Source of the DNA: Candidatus Saccharimonadota bacterium
GTDB taxonomy: Bacteria; Patescibacteriota; Saccharimonadia; Saccharimonadales; Saccharimonadaceae
Assembly (NCBI GenBank): GCA_039920285.1
Contig: JBDSDX010000001.1
Span: forward strand, 390,001 to 422,000
Direction of reading: 5' to 3'
Length of the DNA: 32,000 nt
This document shows, piece after piece, positions 1 to 10,865 of the stretch. The number at the start of each line of letters is the position of its first letter. The stretch's first letter is position 1. The position numbers were made by a program, and so were the translations under genes. The notes under the pieces are model-generated. The model made no database searches. It worked only from the letters and a program-made list of their open reading frames with translations, and was not told the DNA's origin.

Positions 1-10
1 GTATAATCGT

Positions 11-2830
11 ATGGTTATGTCAGAGGTAATTAAGGTCGTCGGCGCACGCGAACATAATCTTAAAAACATCAGTGTTGAGATTCCGCGTGACAAACTTGTC
101 GTAATAACTGGACTCAGTGGGTCTGGTAAATCTTCGCTTGCGTTCGATACAATCTATGCCGAGGGACAGCGACGTTATGTTGAAAGTCTTTCAAGTTACG
201 CTCGTCAATTCTTGGGATTAATGGAAAAACCTGATGTTGATCAGATTGATGGACTGAGTCCAGCGATCAGTATCGACCAAAAGTCTACCAGTCGAAACCC
301 TCGCAGTACCGTTGCAACCGTGACTGAAATCTATGACTATCTTCGTCTTTTGTTTGCTCGTATTGGTATTCCACACTGTCCAGTCTGTGGCAAACCAGTC
401 ACTCGTCGAACACCTGATGATATCATCGATGAGGTAATGAAATTAACATCTGGCGCACGTTTGATGATATTGGCACCAATCGTCAAAAGTAAAAAAGGCG
501 AGTTTGCGCATATTCCTGAACAATACAGTCGTCTTGGCTTTGCGCGTGCTCGTGTTGACGGTGTTATCTATGCACTCGATGAGTTTCCAGAACTCGACAA
601 AAAGTTCAAACACGATATTGAAATTGTTGTTGACCGTATCGCACTGAGTGACGATGTTCGTTCACGTATTGCACAGTCAGTCGAACAATCACTTGATATT
701 GCTGATGGTGTTGTTCAGATTCTCGATGTCGACGCTGAAAATACCTATGTCTATAGTCAACGCTACGCTTGTGTCGATCACCCAAATGAAGAAATTCCCG
801 AACTTGAACCACGACTCTTTAGCTTTAACGCGCCTCAGGGTGCTTGCCCAGTCTGTACTGGTCTTGGTAACCGACTTGAAGTTGATCCTGAGCTTGTTTT
901 CAACCCGAGCTTGACGATTGCGGAAGGTGCGATTCGTCCATACAATCGCGTCAATAGTGACGCATGGTACATGAAACGATTGCAAGCAGTGGCAGAACGT
1001 CATGGCTTTAGTCTTCGTGTTCCTGTTAAAGAATTAAACGATGAAGCGATTCAAAAGATTCTGTATGGAACGGGAGAAGAAAAATACCGTGTCTCACTTG
1101 GCGACGGACGTGCGTATGATGCTGCCTATGAAGGAGTTATCCCGAATCTTGAGCGCCGTTTCAAGGAAACTGATAGCGACTTTATGCGCCGCGATATTGA
1201 ACGTTTCATGCGTGAACGAGAATGCCATGCCTGTCATGGTGCACGTTTGAAGCCGGTCGTTTTGGCGGTGACTGTTCATAATTTGAATATTATGGATATC
1301 TGTAATCTTGGTGTTGATGCAGCACTCGATCTCTTAACAAACAATCTGAAACTCAATGATCAAGAACAGTTCATTGCGGCCCAGATTATGAAGGAAATTA
1401 ATGCTCGGCTTGGATTTATGAGTAACGTTGGGTTGAGTTATCTTGAACTGTCACGTGCCGCCAATACACTTTCCGGCGGTGAAGCACAGCGTATTCGTCT
1501 TGCAACTCAAATTGGTTCAGGGCTTCAAGGGGTCTTGTACGTATTGGACGAACCTTCAATCGGTTTACACCAACGCGATAATGATCGTTTAATTGCGACA
1601 CTGAAGCATCTGCGTGATCTTGGAAATACTGTCTTGGTTGTTGAACACGACGAAGACACGATTCGCCACGCTGACTACCTACTTGATATTGGGCCTGGCG
1701 CTGGTATCGCTGGTGGTGAGGTTGTTGCCGCAGGAACTCCTGAAGAAGTTGCCAATAACCCCAATAGCATCACAGGTCGCTATTTGAGTGGTGTCGAGAA
1801 AATCGAAGTGCCAAAGAAGCGACGTGCAGTACAAAAAGACCGTAACCTGATTATAAAAGGTGCGCGTGAAAACAATCTTAAGAACATTGACGTGACGATT
1901 CCGCTTGGTTTGATTACTGTCGTGAGTGGTGTGAGCGGCTCAGGCAAATCAACACTCATTAATGATATCTTAGCGAAGGAACTATCGGCTCGTCTTCACC
2001 GTGCGCATGAGGTACCAGGAACTCATGACAACATCGAGGGTATCGAACAACTTGATAAAGTTATCGTTATCGACCAGTCCGCTATTGGTCGCACACCTCG
2101 TTCAAACCCGGCAACATACACCGGAGTATTCACGCCGATTCGTGATCTTTTCGCAGGCACAACTGAAGCTAATATCCGTGGATATAAAGCCGGCCGTTTC
2201 AGCTTTAACGTTAAGGGTGGACGTTGCGAGAACTGTCAGGGTGATGGTGTGATTAAGATTGAGATGCACTTCTTGCCAGACGTCTATGTCACCTGTGATG
2301 TCTGTAAGGGTAAACGCTACAACCGTGAAGCTCTCGAGATTAAATATAAAGATGCCACAATTAGCGATGTCCTTAATATGACTGTTGAGCAAGGTGCTGA
2401 TTTCTTTAAGAATATTCCTGCGATTGCACGCAAGCTCGATACTCTTGTTGATGTGGGACTTGGGTATATTAAACTTGGTCAACCAGCCACAACCTTTAGT
2501 GGCGGAGAAGCACAGCGTATTAAATTAGCATCTGAATTGTCACGTCGTTCAACAGGCAAGACGATGTATATTCTTGATGAACCAACAACAGGACTTCACA
2601 GTGCTGATGTGAAACGACTTCTTGGTATTTTGCAGAAGCTTGTCGAAGGTGGCAACAGCATGATTATCATTGAACATAATCTTGACGTTATTAAGACAGC
2701 TGACCACATTATCGATATGGGTCCCGAAGGAGGACTTGGTGGAGGTATGATTGTGGCGACTGGCACACCAGAAGATATTGTTAAGGTAAAAGACTCGTTT
2801 ACTGGTTCGTATCTTAAGTCTCTGCTGTAG
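11..2830 (+). CDS. uvrA: excinuclease ABC subunit A (UvrA)
   Basis: 939-aa ORF with two ABC ATPase modules: Walker [14 protein letters not shown] and [13 protein letters not shown], and two LSGGEAQR signatures. Also CxxC zinc-finger pairs. TATAAT at 2-7; the in-frame ATG at 17 may be the real start. Confidence 0.95.
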   Translation: MVMSEVIKVVGAREHNLKNISVEIPRDKLVVITGLSGSGKSSLAFDTIYAEGQRRYVESLSSYARQFLGLMEKPDVDQIDGLSPAISIDQKSTSRNPRSTVATVTEIYDYLRLLFARIGIPHCPVCGKPVTRRTPDDIIDEVMKLTSGARLMILAPIVKSKKGEFAHIPEQYSRLGFARARVDGVIYALDEFPELDKKFKHDIEIVVDRIALSDDVRSRIAQSVEQSLDIADGVVQILDVDAENTYVYSQRYACVDHPNEEIPELEPRLFSFNAPQGACPVCTGLGNRLEVDPELVFNPSLTIAEGAIRPYNRVNSDAWYMKRLQAVAERHGFSLRVPVKELNDEAIQKILYGTGEEKYRVSLGDGRAYDAAYEGVIPNLERRFKETDSDFMRRDIERFMRERECHACHGARLKPVVLAVTVHNLNIMDICNLGVDAALDLLTNNLKLNDQEQFIAAQIMKEINARLGFMSNVGLSYLELSRAANTLSGGEAQRIRLATQIGSGLQGVLYVLDEPSIGLHQRDNDRLIATLKHLRDLGNTVLVVEHDEDTIRHADYLLDIGPGAGIAGGEVVAAGTPEEVANNPNSITGRYLSGVEKIEVPKKRRAVQKDRNLIIKGARENNLKNIDVTIPLGLITVVSGVSGSGKSTLINDILAKELSARLHRAHEVPGTHDNIEGIEQLDKVIVIDQSAIGRTPRSNPATYTGVFTPIRDLFAGTTEANIRGYKAGRFSFNVKGGRCENCQGDGVIKIEMHFLPDVYVTCDVCKGKRYNREALEIKYKDATISDVLNMTVEQGADFFKNIPAIARKLDTLVDVGLGYIKLGQPATTFSGGEAQRIKLASELSRRSTGKTMYILDEPTTGLHSADVKRLLGILQKLVEGGNSMIIIEHNLDVIKTADHIIDMGPEGGLGGGMIVATGTPEDIVKVKDSFTGSYLKSLL

Positions 2831-4601
2831 CAGGATCTTGTGTAAGAATAACGATATTAAAGTCGGCAAGCTCGATACTAATTTGTGAATTCTCATCAGT
2901 CATAACTGATGAGACTTTCGTTTCATTGAAGTCTGAACTATAGCCTTTCCAGCTACTATTGAAACGAACATGCCATAGTCCCGGTACAGGAACGTATAGT
3001 TTATAGTCAGTAAATCTTTGATCGCTACAATTAATAATAACGAGGACGTCATCGTGTGCGCCACCGTCACGCCAGCGATGATATGCCATGACGTGATTGG
3101 ATATGTCTTCGTGGAAGATGTTAATTGAAGGGCCGGTGAGTCCTGTCGTGTTGCCATAAGTATTTTTACGAAGATTGATAAGATGTTGATGGGCGAGTAC
3201 GATACCGGCAAACTGAGTCGTTTTATCCCATTCCAACATTTTCCAGTCATTAAAGTTTCCTTCTTGAAGGAATTCTTCACCTTGTAGAATCATTGGAATA
3301 CCAGGTGCGGTGAGAGCGATAGCATTTGCAATGAGGTCATACTGACGAGCAAAAACACTGGCTGCGTTCCCTGGCGTCACTGCTTCATTAAGTCGAACGG
3401 CACCATTGGCTGCAGTATCGTGTGAATCACCAAAGATCACTTTTTGAAAAGCGTCGCCATTATAAGCAAGACTAAGTTCATAATCGAGCGAATTGTTATA
3501 GCTATTGACGTTCGATAATCCAAGGCTTTGGCGAATACCTTGTGGGAAACTAATACCCCATTGTGCATCGAATCCGGTGCCACCTTCTTTCACAGGTTTG
3601 GTGATAGATTCATTACCTGAACTATCTTCAGCGATCATGAGCGCATGCGGATTAATCTTGTGGGCGAGTGTTGTCATTTCTTGGAGGAGTGTCCAAGTGT
3701 CACCAATAGCTGTCGACTCGTCACCTTCAGGACCACGGGTGTTACGCATGTACGTTGTTGAGTCGAGACGGAGACCATCCACACGGTAGTCAGTCAGCCA
3801 CATAGCGACATTATCGAGTAGGTATTGTCGTACTTCGGGGCGACCGTAGTCTGGACGCATACCCCATGGTGTGTCACCGCGTTCGTCGTTGTAGAAGTAA
3901 ATTCCACCGCGGCCATTTTCGCTCCAGCCATCAAATTGTCGAAGGTCGGTCTTATCGTAAAAGTGATTATATACAACGTCGAGAATGACGGCGATACCAT
4001 GTTTGTGACATGCTTTGACGAAGTCCAGGAGGCCACGTCGACCACCATAGGTATCTTCTACGGCATAAATACTCATTGGTTCGTATCCCCAGCCCACACC
4101 GGCTTTCATGCTCGTGACAGGCATGAGTTCGATAGTAGTAATACCAAGATTTTGAAGATAATCAAGTTTCTCAATCGCTGTCGCAAACGTTCCCGAAGTT
4201 GATGCATCGGGTCGGTTGAACGTTCCGATATGGAGTTCGTAAATAACTTGTTTCTCTTTTGGAATAATAGGCGCTTCGACGCCTTCCCAGTCAAAACGAG
4301 GGTCAACAATGACTGAGGCGCCAATATCTGAATCGGTTAGCTGTTCTGCACGAGGATCATTACGGTCAAGTATTTGGTCATCTCTTGTATAAATACGGTA
4401 TTTGTACGACTGGCCAGCTTCAGCTTCTTTGATCGTTGCTGCCCAATACCCATCATCCTCACTGAGAAGTGGGCTTTCAGCTGAGCTGAATGAGTCGTTG
4501 ATTAAGACACTGACATTTTTAGCGAACGGTGCCCAGACACGAAACTCAACACCATCATTGGTGAGTGTTGACCCTAGGTTTTTCTTGACCTGATGCCCCA
4601 T
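2814..4601 (-). CDS. GH13 alpha-glucan-active enzyme with N-terminal CBM48-like domain (TreZ/GlgB/GlgX-like; specificity not resolvable by eye)
   Basis: 595-aa ORF. N-terminus VEFRVWAP...GYW...YKYRI is CBM48-like. GH13 conserved regions: [30 protein letters not shown]. Its 3' end overlaps the uvrA 3' end by 17 nt (convergent). Confidence 0.8.
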   Translation of the reverse strand: MGHQVKKNLGSTLTNDGVEFRVWAPFAKNVSVLINDSFSSAESPLLSEDDGYWAATIKEAEAGQSYKYRIYTRDDQILDRNDPRAEQLTDSDIGASVIVDPRFDWEGVEAPIIPKEKQVIYELHIGTFNRPDASTSGTFATAIEKLDYLQNLGITTIELMPVTSMKAGVGWGYEPMSIYAVEDTYGGRRGLLDFVKACHKHGIAVILDVVYNHFYDKTDLRQFDGWSENGRGGIYFYNDERGDTPWGMRPDYGRPEVRQYLLDNVAMWLTDYRVDGLRLDSTTYMRNTRGPEGDESTAIGDTWTLLQEMTTLAHKINPHALMIAEDSSGNESITKPVKEGGTGFDAQWGISFPQGIRQSLGLSNVNSYNNSLDYELSLAYNGDAFQKVIFGDSHDTAANGAVRLNEAVTPGNAASVFARQYDLIANAIALTAPGIPMILQGEEFLQEGNFNDWKMLEWDKTTQFAGIVLAHQHLINLRKNTYGNTTGLTGPSINIFHEDISNHVMAYHRWRDGGAHDDVLVIINCSDQRFTDYKLYVPVPGLWHVRFNSSWKGYSSDFNETKVSSVMTDENSQISIELADFNIVILTQDPATAET

Positions 4602-4656
4602 AATTTCTCTAGTATGGAGGCATAAGCAGTTTTTGACAAGTCAGAGGTGGCGCGAA

Positions 4657-5358
4657 TTATTTCTTTTTGCTAAAGATAGAATTGAGTTCGCGTTTGGTTC
4701 CTTCCCAAAAAGCGACACGAGTTCTTTTGTTTCTAAAAATGTGGATAGCAGGTGGAAGCACTGAGATTAAGATGATTATTGCTATAACGGGAAGAATAAC
4801 TTGATCTATTTCAAGACCTGATCGTTGGAATAGTTCCCCTAACATATAACCAGCCGACGTGATGAGACTCACCCAGAGCAGTGCGCCGATGACGTTAAAT
4901 GATAAGAAACGACGATAGGGCATTTGACCCGTACCGGCAACGATCGGAGCAAATGTACGAACGATTGGAATAAAACGAGCGATAATTATTGTTTTACCAC
5001 CGTGTTTCTCATAAAATGCTTGAGCGCGACGAATATATTCTTGTTTAAATAATCGCGCATCAGGTTTATTGAAAACTCGTGGTCCTGCTCGACGACCGAA
5101 AGCATAGCCGACACTGTCGCCCAATACCGCTGCGACAAATAGTAACGCAATCAAGACAAAAATATTAACATTAATTAATCCTGTCTGAACTAATACACCG
5201 GCGGTAAAAAGCAGACTATCCCCAGGCAAGAAGAATCCAATCAGTAAACCTGATTCGGCGAAAATTACAAAAGCAATCGCGAGAACACCGAGACTCGTGA
5301 TTATATCTACGAGGTCAGTTAAAAAAAATGAGCCAAACACTGTTAGTGATTCAATCAT
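4657..5358 (-). CDS. DedA/SNARE-associated (VTT domain) family membrane protein
   Basis: 233-aa multi-TM ORF with DedA-type motifs (FLPGDSLLFTAG, GYAFGRRAG, ARFIPIVRTFAP). On its own strand, TGtTAGAAT ends 8 nt before the ATG. Confidence 0.85.
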   Translation of the reverse strand: MIESLTVFGSFFLTDLVDIITSLGVLAIAFVIFAESGLLIGFFLPGDSLLFTAGVLVQTGLINVNIFVLIALLFVAAVLGDSVGYAFGRRAGPRVFNKPDARLFKQEYIRRAQAFYEKHGGKTIIIARFIPIVRTFAPIVAGTGQMPYRRFLSFNVIGALLWVSLITSAGYMLGELFQRSGLEIDQVILPVIAIIILISVLPPAIHIFRNKRTRVAFWEGTKRELNSIFSKKK

Positions 5359-5443
5359 GTCCTCTTATTCTAACACGCCTTATATCTGTTAGATATGGTA
5401 TAATAGTGACAGATTATTACCAGAGGAAGGAAACAGAAGACGC

Positions 5444-6136
5444 ATGCACGAAATATCGCTGAAACTTGATACTCGTACCGTAAGCGGTAAGAAGGTATCG
5501 GCGCTCCGTAGAGAGGGGCTTGTTCCTAGCGTCATTTATGGTGGCAACGAGGAACCAATCTCAACTCAATCTGCAGTTGTTGCAACGACGAAGGTTGTTC
5601 ACGCGGCAGGAAAGCACTCACCAGTTAATCTCACGATTGATGGAAAGAAGCAGCTCGCAATTATTAAAAGTATTGAATACGATCCTATCAAACGGACTGT
5701 TCAACACATTGCGTTCCACGCGATTAAGCAAAACGATGTCATTACGACTGATGTGCCAATTGTTCTTATTGGTGAAGGTGAAAGTGCAGCAGAAAAAGCT
5801 GGTCTGATTATCCTTCAAGCAATTGAGACTATTGAAATCAAAGCCAAACCTGCAGCACTGCCTGAATCTTTGGAAATTTCAATCGCTAACTTGGCCACAA
5901 CTGATGACCGTTTGACGATCGCTAACCTGACACTCCCAGAAGGTGTTGAGTTTGCTGATGTTGAACAGGACCTTGATCTTGTGATTGCCAATGTCTACGA
6001 ACCTGCAGCACTTGAAGCAGCTAACGAAGCTGCCGCTGGTGATGCAACGATCGATGACGAAGTTGAAGCTGATAACGGCGAAGCCGAAGTCCCAGCTGAA
6101 GACGCAAGCAAAGACGAGTCAAAAGAGTCTAAGTAA
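5444..6136 (+). CDS. rplY: 50S ribosomal protein bL25, long Ctc form with acidic tail
   Basis: 230-aa ORF. N-terminus R..GK...LRREG.VP.V.YG is the L25/Ctc signature. Acidic D/E-rich C-terminus. TATAAT at 5398-5403 and GAGGAAGG SD upstream. Confidence 0.9.
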   Translation: MHEISLKLDTRTVSGKKVSALRREGLVPSVIYGGNEEPISTQSAVVATTKVVHAAGKHSPVNLTIDGKKQLAIIKSIEYDPIKRTVQHIAFHAIKQNDVITTDVPIVLIGEGESAAEKAGLIILQAIETIEIKAKPAALPESLEISIANLATTDDRLTIANLTLPEGVEFADVEQDLDLVIANVYEPAALEAANEAAAGDATIDDEVEADNGEAEVPAEDASKDESKESK

Positions 6137-6145
6137 CACTCGTTA

Positions 6146-6186
6146 CAAAAAAGAAAGTCCCGCTCGTACGAGCGGGATTCTTTTTA
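6146..6186. terminator. bidirectional rho-independent terminator between convergent rplY and ABC exporter genes
   Basis: Stem TCCCGCTCG (6158-6166), loop TA, stem CGAGCGGGA (6169-6177). Flanked by an A-run upstream and TTCTTTTT downstream, so it reads as hairpin plus U-tract on both strands. Confidence 0.65.
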
Positions 6187-7932
6187 TTCTTCGATAAAGC
6201 CACCGGATTGGTGGGACCACAGTTTGGCGTAGGTGCCATGTTGAGCGAGCAGTTCTGCATGAGTGCCATCTTCAACAATTGAGCCATTCTCCAGCAGAAC
6301 GATACGATCGAGCTTGGCGATAGTCGATAGACGGTGAGCAATGACAATGCTCGTACGGCCCTTCATAAGCTGTTGCAGTGCATCCTGGATTAGTTTTTCA
6401 CTCTCACTATCAAGTGCTGAGGTTGCTTCGTCGAGGACAAGGATAGGAGAGTCCTTAAGAATGGCACGAGCGATCGCGATGCGTTGACGTTGTCCGCCAG
6501 ATAACTTCACACCACGCTCACCAACCATAGTATCGAGACCGAGTGGAAGACGTTCGATGAACTCAATTGCATTAGCAAGCATTGCGGCATGGATAACTTC
6601 CTCGTCGGTAGCATTTGTTTTTCCGTAGGCAATGTTGTCACGCAGTGATCGGTGGAAGAGCATTGGTTCTTGAGGAACGTAAGCGATCGAGCTGTGGAGA
6701 CTTCTTTGTGTGACGTCAGCAATGTCTTGACCGTCAATCAAAATCTCTCCGCTCTCGATGTCGGAGAAACGAAGTAGGAGGCGAGTGAGGGTTGTTTTGC
6801 CTGAACCAGAATGTCCGACGACACCAACTCGTTGACCGTTTGGAATTGAGAGTGAGAAGCCCTTGAATAGCGCATCTTCGTTATCTTGATGTGTAAAGGC
6901 GACACCTTTAAACTCGACGTCTCCCTGTGTTACTTTGAGTTTCTTGGTGCCATTATCGACGACCGATGGGGGTAGATCAAGAATCTCAATCATGTCATGG
7001 GCATCACCAATAATACGATTGTAGTTACGGAGGATTGAGTTCATTTCCCACAGCTGACGACCGATAGTGAAGGTATACGTAATGGCGAGGTAGATACTGG
7101 CGATTGAAATGAGGTGTCGTTCTGATGCCCAAATGGCTGCAATAAAGACAGACACGTAGAGCACCATAATGAGTGCCGAGTAGGCCGTGCTGACACCCAA
7201 GAACTGGCGCAGGTTTGCAAAACTTTTTTCACGGAAAATGTTTGCTTTAATGAGTAGCTCTTTTTGTTCAAATCGTTCAGAGCCGTAAGCTTTGATAGTT
7301 GAGATGTTTGTCACGACGTCCGCAACGTATCCGTTAGCCGCAGTTTGGGCTTGAGCTTCTTCCCGAGTTGTTCGTTTCATACTTCGTGAACCAATAAATA
7401 CAACGAGTACGAAGACGATCGAAATGACAGTTAATATAATTGCATACTGCCAGAACACAAATGAAAGTATAGCTATACCAGCAATGATGCTTGCGAATGA
7501 TGGGACGAGTTGCCAGATGATGGTGTCCCAGAATCGTTCGAATGACCCAACAAGCTTTGTCGTTTGTGAAACGAGTGAACCACCAAAACGATTGGCATGA
7601 AAATTAAGACTGTGAGCAGTTAATTTATTGAATATCTTTTCATACAAATCACGTTGACCAGACGCTTCCATTGTCCAAGCGAAGTATAGGTTAATACGTC
7701 CACCGGCAACTTGACCGTACGTTTGCACAACTGTATACGCGATCAAGAGCGGCAAACCAGTCGTAAAGTTAAGGTTATTTGATTGAACGAGTGTCAGGAT
7801 CTGTGCGATGATGAATGGTCCGATGAAGCCGGCAATGACTGACGTAAAGCCAGAGTTAAGAATTGCGATCCAGGTGTGAACTGGATATCGCATGGCAATC
7901 TTCCAAAATAACGATAACGTTTTTCGTTGCAT
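6184..7932 (-). CDS. ABC exporter, fused permease/ATPase (MsbA/type I exporter-like)
   Basis: 582-aa ORF. N-terminal multi-TM half, then an NBD with Walker A GHSGSGKTT, signature LSGGQRQR and Walker B ILVLDEATSALD. Confidence 0.9.
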   Translation of the reverse strand: MQRKTLSLFWKIAMRYPVHTWIAILNSGFTSVIAGFIGPFIIAQILTLVQSNNLNFTTGLPLLIAYTVVQTYGQVAGGRINLYFAWTMEASGQRDLYEKIFNKLTAHSLNFHANRFGGSLVSQTTKLVGSFERFWDTIIWQLVPSFASIIAGIAILSFVFWQYAIILTVISIVFVLVVFIGSRSMKRTTREEAQAQTAANGYVADVVTNISTIKAYGSERFEQKELLIKANIFREKSFANLRQFLGVSTAYSALIMVLYVSVFIAAIWASERHLISIASIYLAITYTFTIGRQLWEMNSILRNYNRIIGDAHDMIEILDLPPSVVDNGTKKLKVTQGDVEFKGVAFTHQDNEDALFKGFSLSIPNGQRVGVVGHSGSGKTTLTRLLLRFSDIESGEILIDGQDIADVTQRSLHSSIAYVPQEPMLFHRSLRDNIAYGKTNATDEEVIHAAMLANAIEFIERLPLGLDTMVGERGVKLSGGQRQRIAIARAILKDSPILVLDEATSALDSESEKLIQDALQQLMKGRTSIVIAHRLSTIAKLDRIVLLENGSIVEDGTHAELLAQHGTYAKLWSHQSGGFIEE

Positions 7933-7975
7933 ATCTCTCTAATATAACACTAGTAATCGTGCTATAATATGGTTC

Positions 7976-8875
7976 GTGCAAAAAATCCTACTGTATTATA
8001 CATTCACCCCAATTAAAGACCCGGAAACTGTTCGCCTATGGCAAAAAACATTAACTGGTAGTCTTGATCTTCGTGGACGAATTCTTATTTCGCCACACGG
8101 TATCAACGGAACGGTTGGTGGTGAGATGGATGACTTAAAAGCGTACATCAAAGAAACAAAACAATTCGCAGGATTTAAGAAGATGGTTTTTAAATGGAGC
8201 GATGGAACACGTGATGAATTTCCACGTATGAGCGTGAAGGTTCGCGATGAAATTGTGGCTTTCGATGCAGCCGACGAATTACGGGTTGATGAAAACGGTG
8301 TTGTTGGGGGTGGTGTTCATTTGAAACCTAAAGAAATTCACGCACTTGTTAAAGAGCGAGATGACGTGATTTTCTTTGATGGCCGCAACGCCCACGAAGC
8401 AGCGATCGGAAAGTTCAAAGGAGCGGTTGTTCCTGATACTCACACAAGCCGTGATTTTATTAGAGAATTAGAAAGTGGCAAGTACGACGACATTAAAGAT
8501 AAGCCAATCGTGACGTACTGTACGGGTGGTATCCGTTGCGAAATCCTAAGCTCCCTGATGATTAATCGCGGATTTAAGGAAGTCTATCAAATCGATGGGG
8601 GTATTGTAAAATACGGCGAAGCGTATGGTGACGATGGATTATGGGAAGGAAGCCTTCGGGTCTTCGACGATCGTATGACCGTTAATTTTTCTGACCATAC
8701 TGCCGTTATTGGTATCTGTAGCCATTGTAAAGAGACGACCAGCAATTATGAAAATTGTGCTTTCGCTAATTGTAACGACCTTGTACTTATTTGTGAGAAT
8801 TGTAAGAGTGACCCTGAGCTTCTTTTTCACACAAAAAAATGCCGCGAACTCTCGCTGGCATTACAACATAACTAG
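7976..8875 (+). CDS. trhO: rhodanese-domain protein of the UPF0176/TrhO family (tRNA U34 hydroxylase-like) with C-terminal Cys-rich tail
   Basis: 299-aa ORF with GTG start. N-terminus LLYY.F..I.DPE, rhodanese active-site loop [10 protein letters not shown]-terminal CxxC...C..C..C cluster. TGcTATAAT at 7959-7967 ends 8 nt before the GTG. Confidence 0.8.
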   Translation: MQKILLYYTFTPIKDPETVRLWQKTLTGSLDLRGRILISPHGINGTVGGEMDDLKAYIKETKQFAGFKKMVFKWSDGTRDEFPRMSVKVRDEIVAFDAADELRVDENGVVGGGVHLKPKEIHALVKERDDVIFFDGRNAHEAAIGKFKGAVVPDTHTSRDFIRELESGKYDDIKDKPIVTYCTGGIRCEILSSLMINRGFKEVYQIDGGIVKYGEAYGDDGLWEGSLRVFDDRMTVNFSDHTAVIGICSHCKETTSNYENCAFANCNDLVLICENCKSDPELLFHTKKCRELSLALQHN

Positions 8876-8888
8876 AAGTGGGATATTC

Positions 8889-9156
8889 CCGTGTGAGATC
8901 CGCACGCCGCAGGATCTCACACGGAAGTGTTGGCAATGGTGATGGGTGAGAGTTGGAAACGATCCTTATGGTCGTAGATTGACGTCTATGTCCTACGAAC
9001 TTGTGGTCGACCATCTTACTTCTCTATCGAGACATCCGCTCTTGTGGCGTGACGGCTATTCCGATATTGTGCGTTTTGTGCGCCCTGTTTCCCATGATTC
9101 CCCGGCCCCGAGACCGGGTCATCGCCAATCCAGTCGGACAAGTCGACAACTGGATT
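8889..9156 (-). ncRNA. candidate structured non-coding RNA, family unassigned, about 270 nt; strand inferred from promoter
   Basis: 340-bp non-coding gap, locally GC-rich (9061-9120 is 37/60 G+C by hand count). Helices: 13-bp hairpin 8889-8901/8912-8924; 10-bp hairpin 9127-9136/9151-9160; ATGGTCG/CGACCAT 8968-8974/9008-9014. A long-range 9-bp helix 8930-8938/9120-9128 has a G.U on the minus strand but an A.C mismatch on the plus strand. ORFs here look non-protein-like. No tmRNA, RNase P or SRP signature motifs were found. Confidence 0.35.
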
Positions 9157-9162
9157 GGTCGT

Positions 9163-9191
9163 ATTCTAGTCCTTAGTTTTTTGCTTGTCAA
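9163..9191 (-). promoter_or_regulatory. near-consensus sigma70 promoter on the minus strand (TTGACA-17 nt-TAGAAT) driving the candidate ncRNA
   Basis: Minus strand reads TTGACA (plus 9186-9191), a 17-nt spacer, then TAGAAT (plus 9163-9168). Predicted TSS is near 9156. Quality matches the tRNA promoters in this window. Confidence 0.5.
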
Positions 9192-9256
9192 CAAAATGAC
9201 TGACGTTTAGTGAGATGCCATTTCGAAATCGATTTTCTTCGAGGTACAATAGATAT

Positions 9257-10810
9257 ATGAATGCAAAACTTGAAGCGAAGCTCAAGACACTGCCCCGAAA
9301 CCCTGGGGTGTATTTTCATAAATCAAAAACAGGCGAGATTATTTATGTCGGTAAAGCGGCAGTTTTAAAGAATCGTGTTCGACAGTATTTTCAAAGTACT
9401 CGAGATATGGATATTAAAACCCGAGCACTTGTCGAAGAAATCGAAGACACTGATTGGGTTGAAACCGAAAGTGAACTTGATGCGTTATTTCTTGAATCAG
9501 AAATGGTCAAACGCTACATGCCTCGTTACAATATTTTGCTTCGTGACGATAAGTCACAGATGTTCATTCGTATTGATATGAAGAGCGAGTGGCCAACAAT
9601 TAGCTTTACCCGTAATCCAGCCGACGATCAAGCGGAATATTTTGGCCCTTACTATAATGGGTTTGCGATTAAAAAAGCACTCCGCTATTTGCGTAAAGTT
9701 TTCCCGTATTACATGACTCCGCCAAAAGAAGGTACTCGTCCTGATCTCGATGCACATATTGGTTTAAGCCCGCGACCTGGGATATCAAGCAATGAGTATA
9801 AGCAGACATTGAAACGGTTGATTCGGTATATCGAAGGCGGTCGCCGCACAATCGTAAAGGAACTCGAGAAAGAAATGCAGTTGGCCGCAAAATTGCATGA
9901 CTTCGAAAACGCTGCACTATTGAGAAATAGAATGAATGATCTCAAAACCTTGCAACAAAAGATCATGTTCGGTGATAAAGAATTCCTTGATATCAGTAAA
10001 GATAAAGCACTGAGTGATTTAGTAGATTTATTTATGCTCACGAAAATTCCTGCTCGCATTGAAGGCTATGACATTAGCCATATGGGCGGGACAAATGTGG
10101 TTGCCAGTATGGTGGTATTCACTAATGGGGTGAGTGATCGTGCGAATTATCGAAAATTCAAAACGCGCATCGAGCAAAACGACGACTATGCCAATATGTA
10201 CGAAACATTGTCACGTCGTACAAGTGAAAAGAATATGAAATCATGGGGTGTGCCTGATTTAATTTTGATCGATGGAGGAAAAGGTCAACTCGATGCCTCA
10301 CTACGCGCGCTTGAAGAACGAAATCTACACATTCCAATGATCAGTATCGCAAAACGTGAGGAAGAAATTATTATTCATCGAACCCGCTCCAATATAAATG
10401 TTGAGAAATTAGAGAGTTATATTACCGAACAGGATAGCGGTCTCGTCGTGACGAAATCTGGTGAATATTTAACAGTCAATCTTCACCCAGGACAATTGAA
10501 TGCATCGGGTCACTCTAAGAATCTTCGTGGTGGTACAACCGTCGCAACGCATATGGATGTTACAAAGCTATTTCAAAGAATCCGTGATGAATCACACCGA
10601 TTTGCCGTGAGTTACCATACGGTTTTGAAGCGTGCAAAACAAACTGCCAGTACGCTCGAAGAGATTCCAGGGATTGGTCCAGTCACGCGTCGGACGTTGA
10701 TAAAGACGTTTGGAAGTATGCGCGGCGTTGCGTCAGCTGAACGAGTTGATATCGTCAAGACGATTGGTGAAAAGAAAACTGCACTCATTCTTCCATACCT
10801 CCAGCAATAA
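9257..10810 (+). CDS. uvrC: excinuclease ABC subunit C (UvrC)
   Basis: GIY-YIG N-terminus (GVYFHKSKTGEIIYVGKA...NRVRQYF), UVR motif region, C-terminal helix-hairpin-helix (IPGIGPVTRRTLIKTFGS). The ORF is open from 9215. ATG 9257 sits 6 nt after TACAAT (9245-9250) and gives a canonical N-terminus. Confidence 0.9.
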   Translation: MNAKLEAKLKTLPRNPGVYFHKSKTGEIIYVGKAAVLKNRVRQYFQSTRDMDIKTRALVEEIEDTDWVETESELDALFLESEMVKRYMPRYNILLRDDKSQMFIRIDMKSEWPTISFTRNPADDQAEYFGPYYNGFAIKKALRYLRKVFPYYMTPPKEGTRPDLDAHIGLSPRPGISSNEYKQTLKRLIRYIEGGRRTIVKELEKEMQLAAKLHDFENAALLRNRMNDLKTLQQKIMFGDKEFLDISKDKALSDLVDLFMLTKIPARIEGYDISHMGGTNVVASMVVFTNGVSDRANYRKFKTRIEQNDDYANMYETLSRRTSEKNMKSWGVPDLILIDGGKGQLDASLRALEERNLHIPMISIAKREEEIIIHRTRSNINVEKLESYITEQDSGLVVTKSGEYLTVNLHPGQLNASGHSKNLRGGTTVATHMDVTKLFQRIRDESHRFAVSYHTVLKRAKQTASTLEEIPGIGPVTRRTLIKTFGSMRGVASAERVDIVKTIGEKKTALILPYLQQ

Positions 10811-10813
10811 CAC

Positions 10814-10842
10814 TTGTGCTTACGCCCTATTAGCTATACGAT
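10814..10842 (+). promoter_or_regulatory. putative promoter of the first collar-pilin gene (TTGTGC-17 nt-TACGAT); duplicated at 13023-13051
   Basis: TTGTGC at 10814-10819 and TACGAT at 10837-10842 (inside gcTATACGAT). AGGGG SD-like element at 10856-10860. The same string recurs upstream of the paralog. Confidence 0.4.
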
Positions 10843-10865
10843 AAAAGGAGTAAAAAGGGGTACCT

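Noticed and set aside
2814-2830. Convergent 3'-end overlaps (uvrA/GH13 17 nt; trehalase/rarA 23 nt at 21669-21691) as regulatory antisense elements.
   Set aside because: Short stop-region overlaps are common in compact genomes, and no hairpin or conserved motif is visible. They are noted only as a sign of genome compaction.
8889-9156. Tried to assign the intergenic structured region to tmRNA, RNase P RNA, SRP RNA or a riboswitch.
   Set aside because: - tmRNA: no GGGG 5' end, no canonical T-arm plus ACCA 3' end, and no Ala-initiated tag ORF ending in hydrophobic residues.
- RNase P: no GGAAAGUCC or ACAGAA..GGCUUA P4 halves on either strand.
- SRP: no GGAAGCAGCC helix-8 motif.
- Riboswitch: uvrC has its own -10 box right at its start, so a 5'-UTR riboswitch is unlikely.
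- The region is left as an unassigned candidate.
8946-9176. The 76-aa ORF, with neighbouring 69-77-aa ORFs on both strands, in the trhO-uvrC gap as protein-coding genes.
   Set aside because: The translations are Arg/Ser/Pro-rich low-complexity strings with no start signals. The ORFs overlap each other in several frames, as expected for a GC-rich structured-RNA region in a low-GC genome.
9215-9256. Longest-ORF N-terminal extensions: uvrC from 9215, hydrolase from 22836, rarA to 22946, orphan to 31494.
   Set aside because: In each case an internal ATG gives the canonical family N-terminus. That ATG is preceded at 6-9 nt by a -10 box or by an SD. The extensions would overlap the divergent neighbour or the gene's own promoter.
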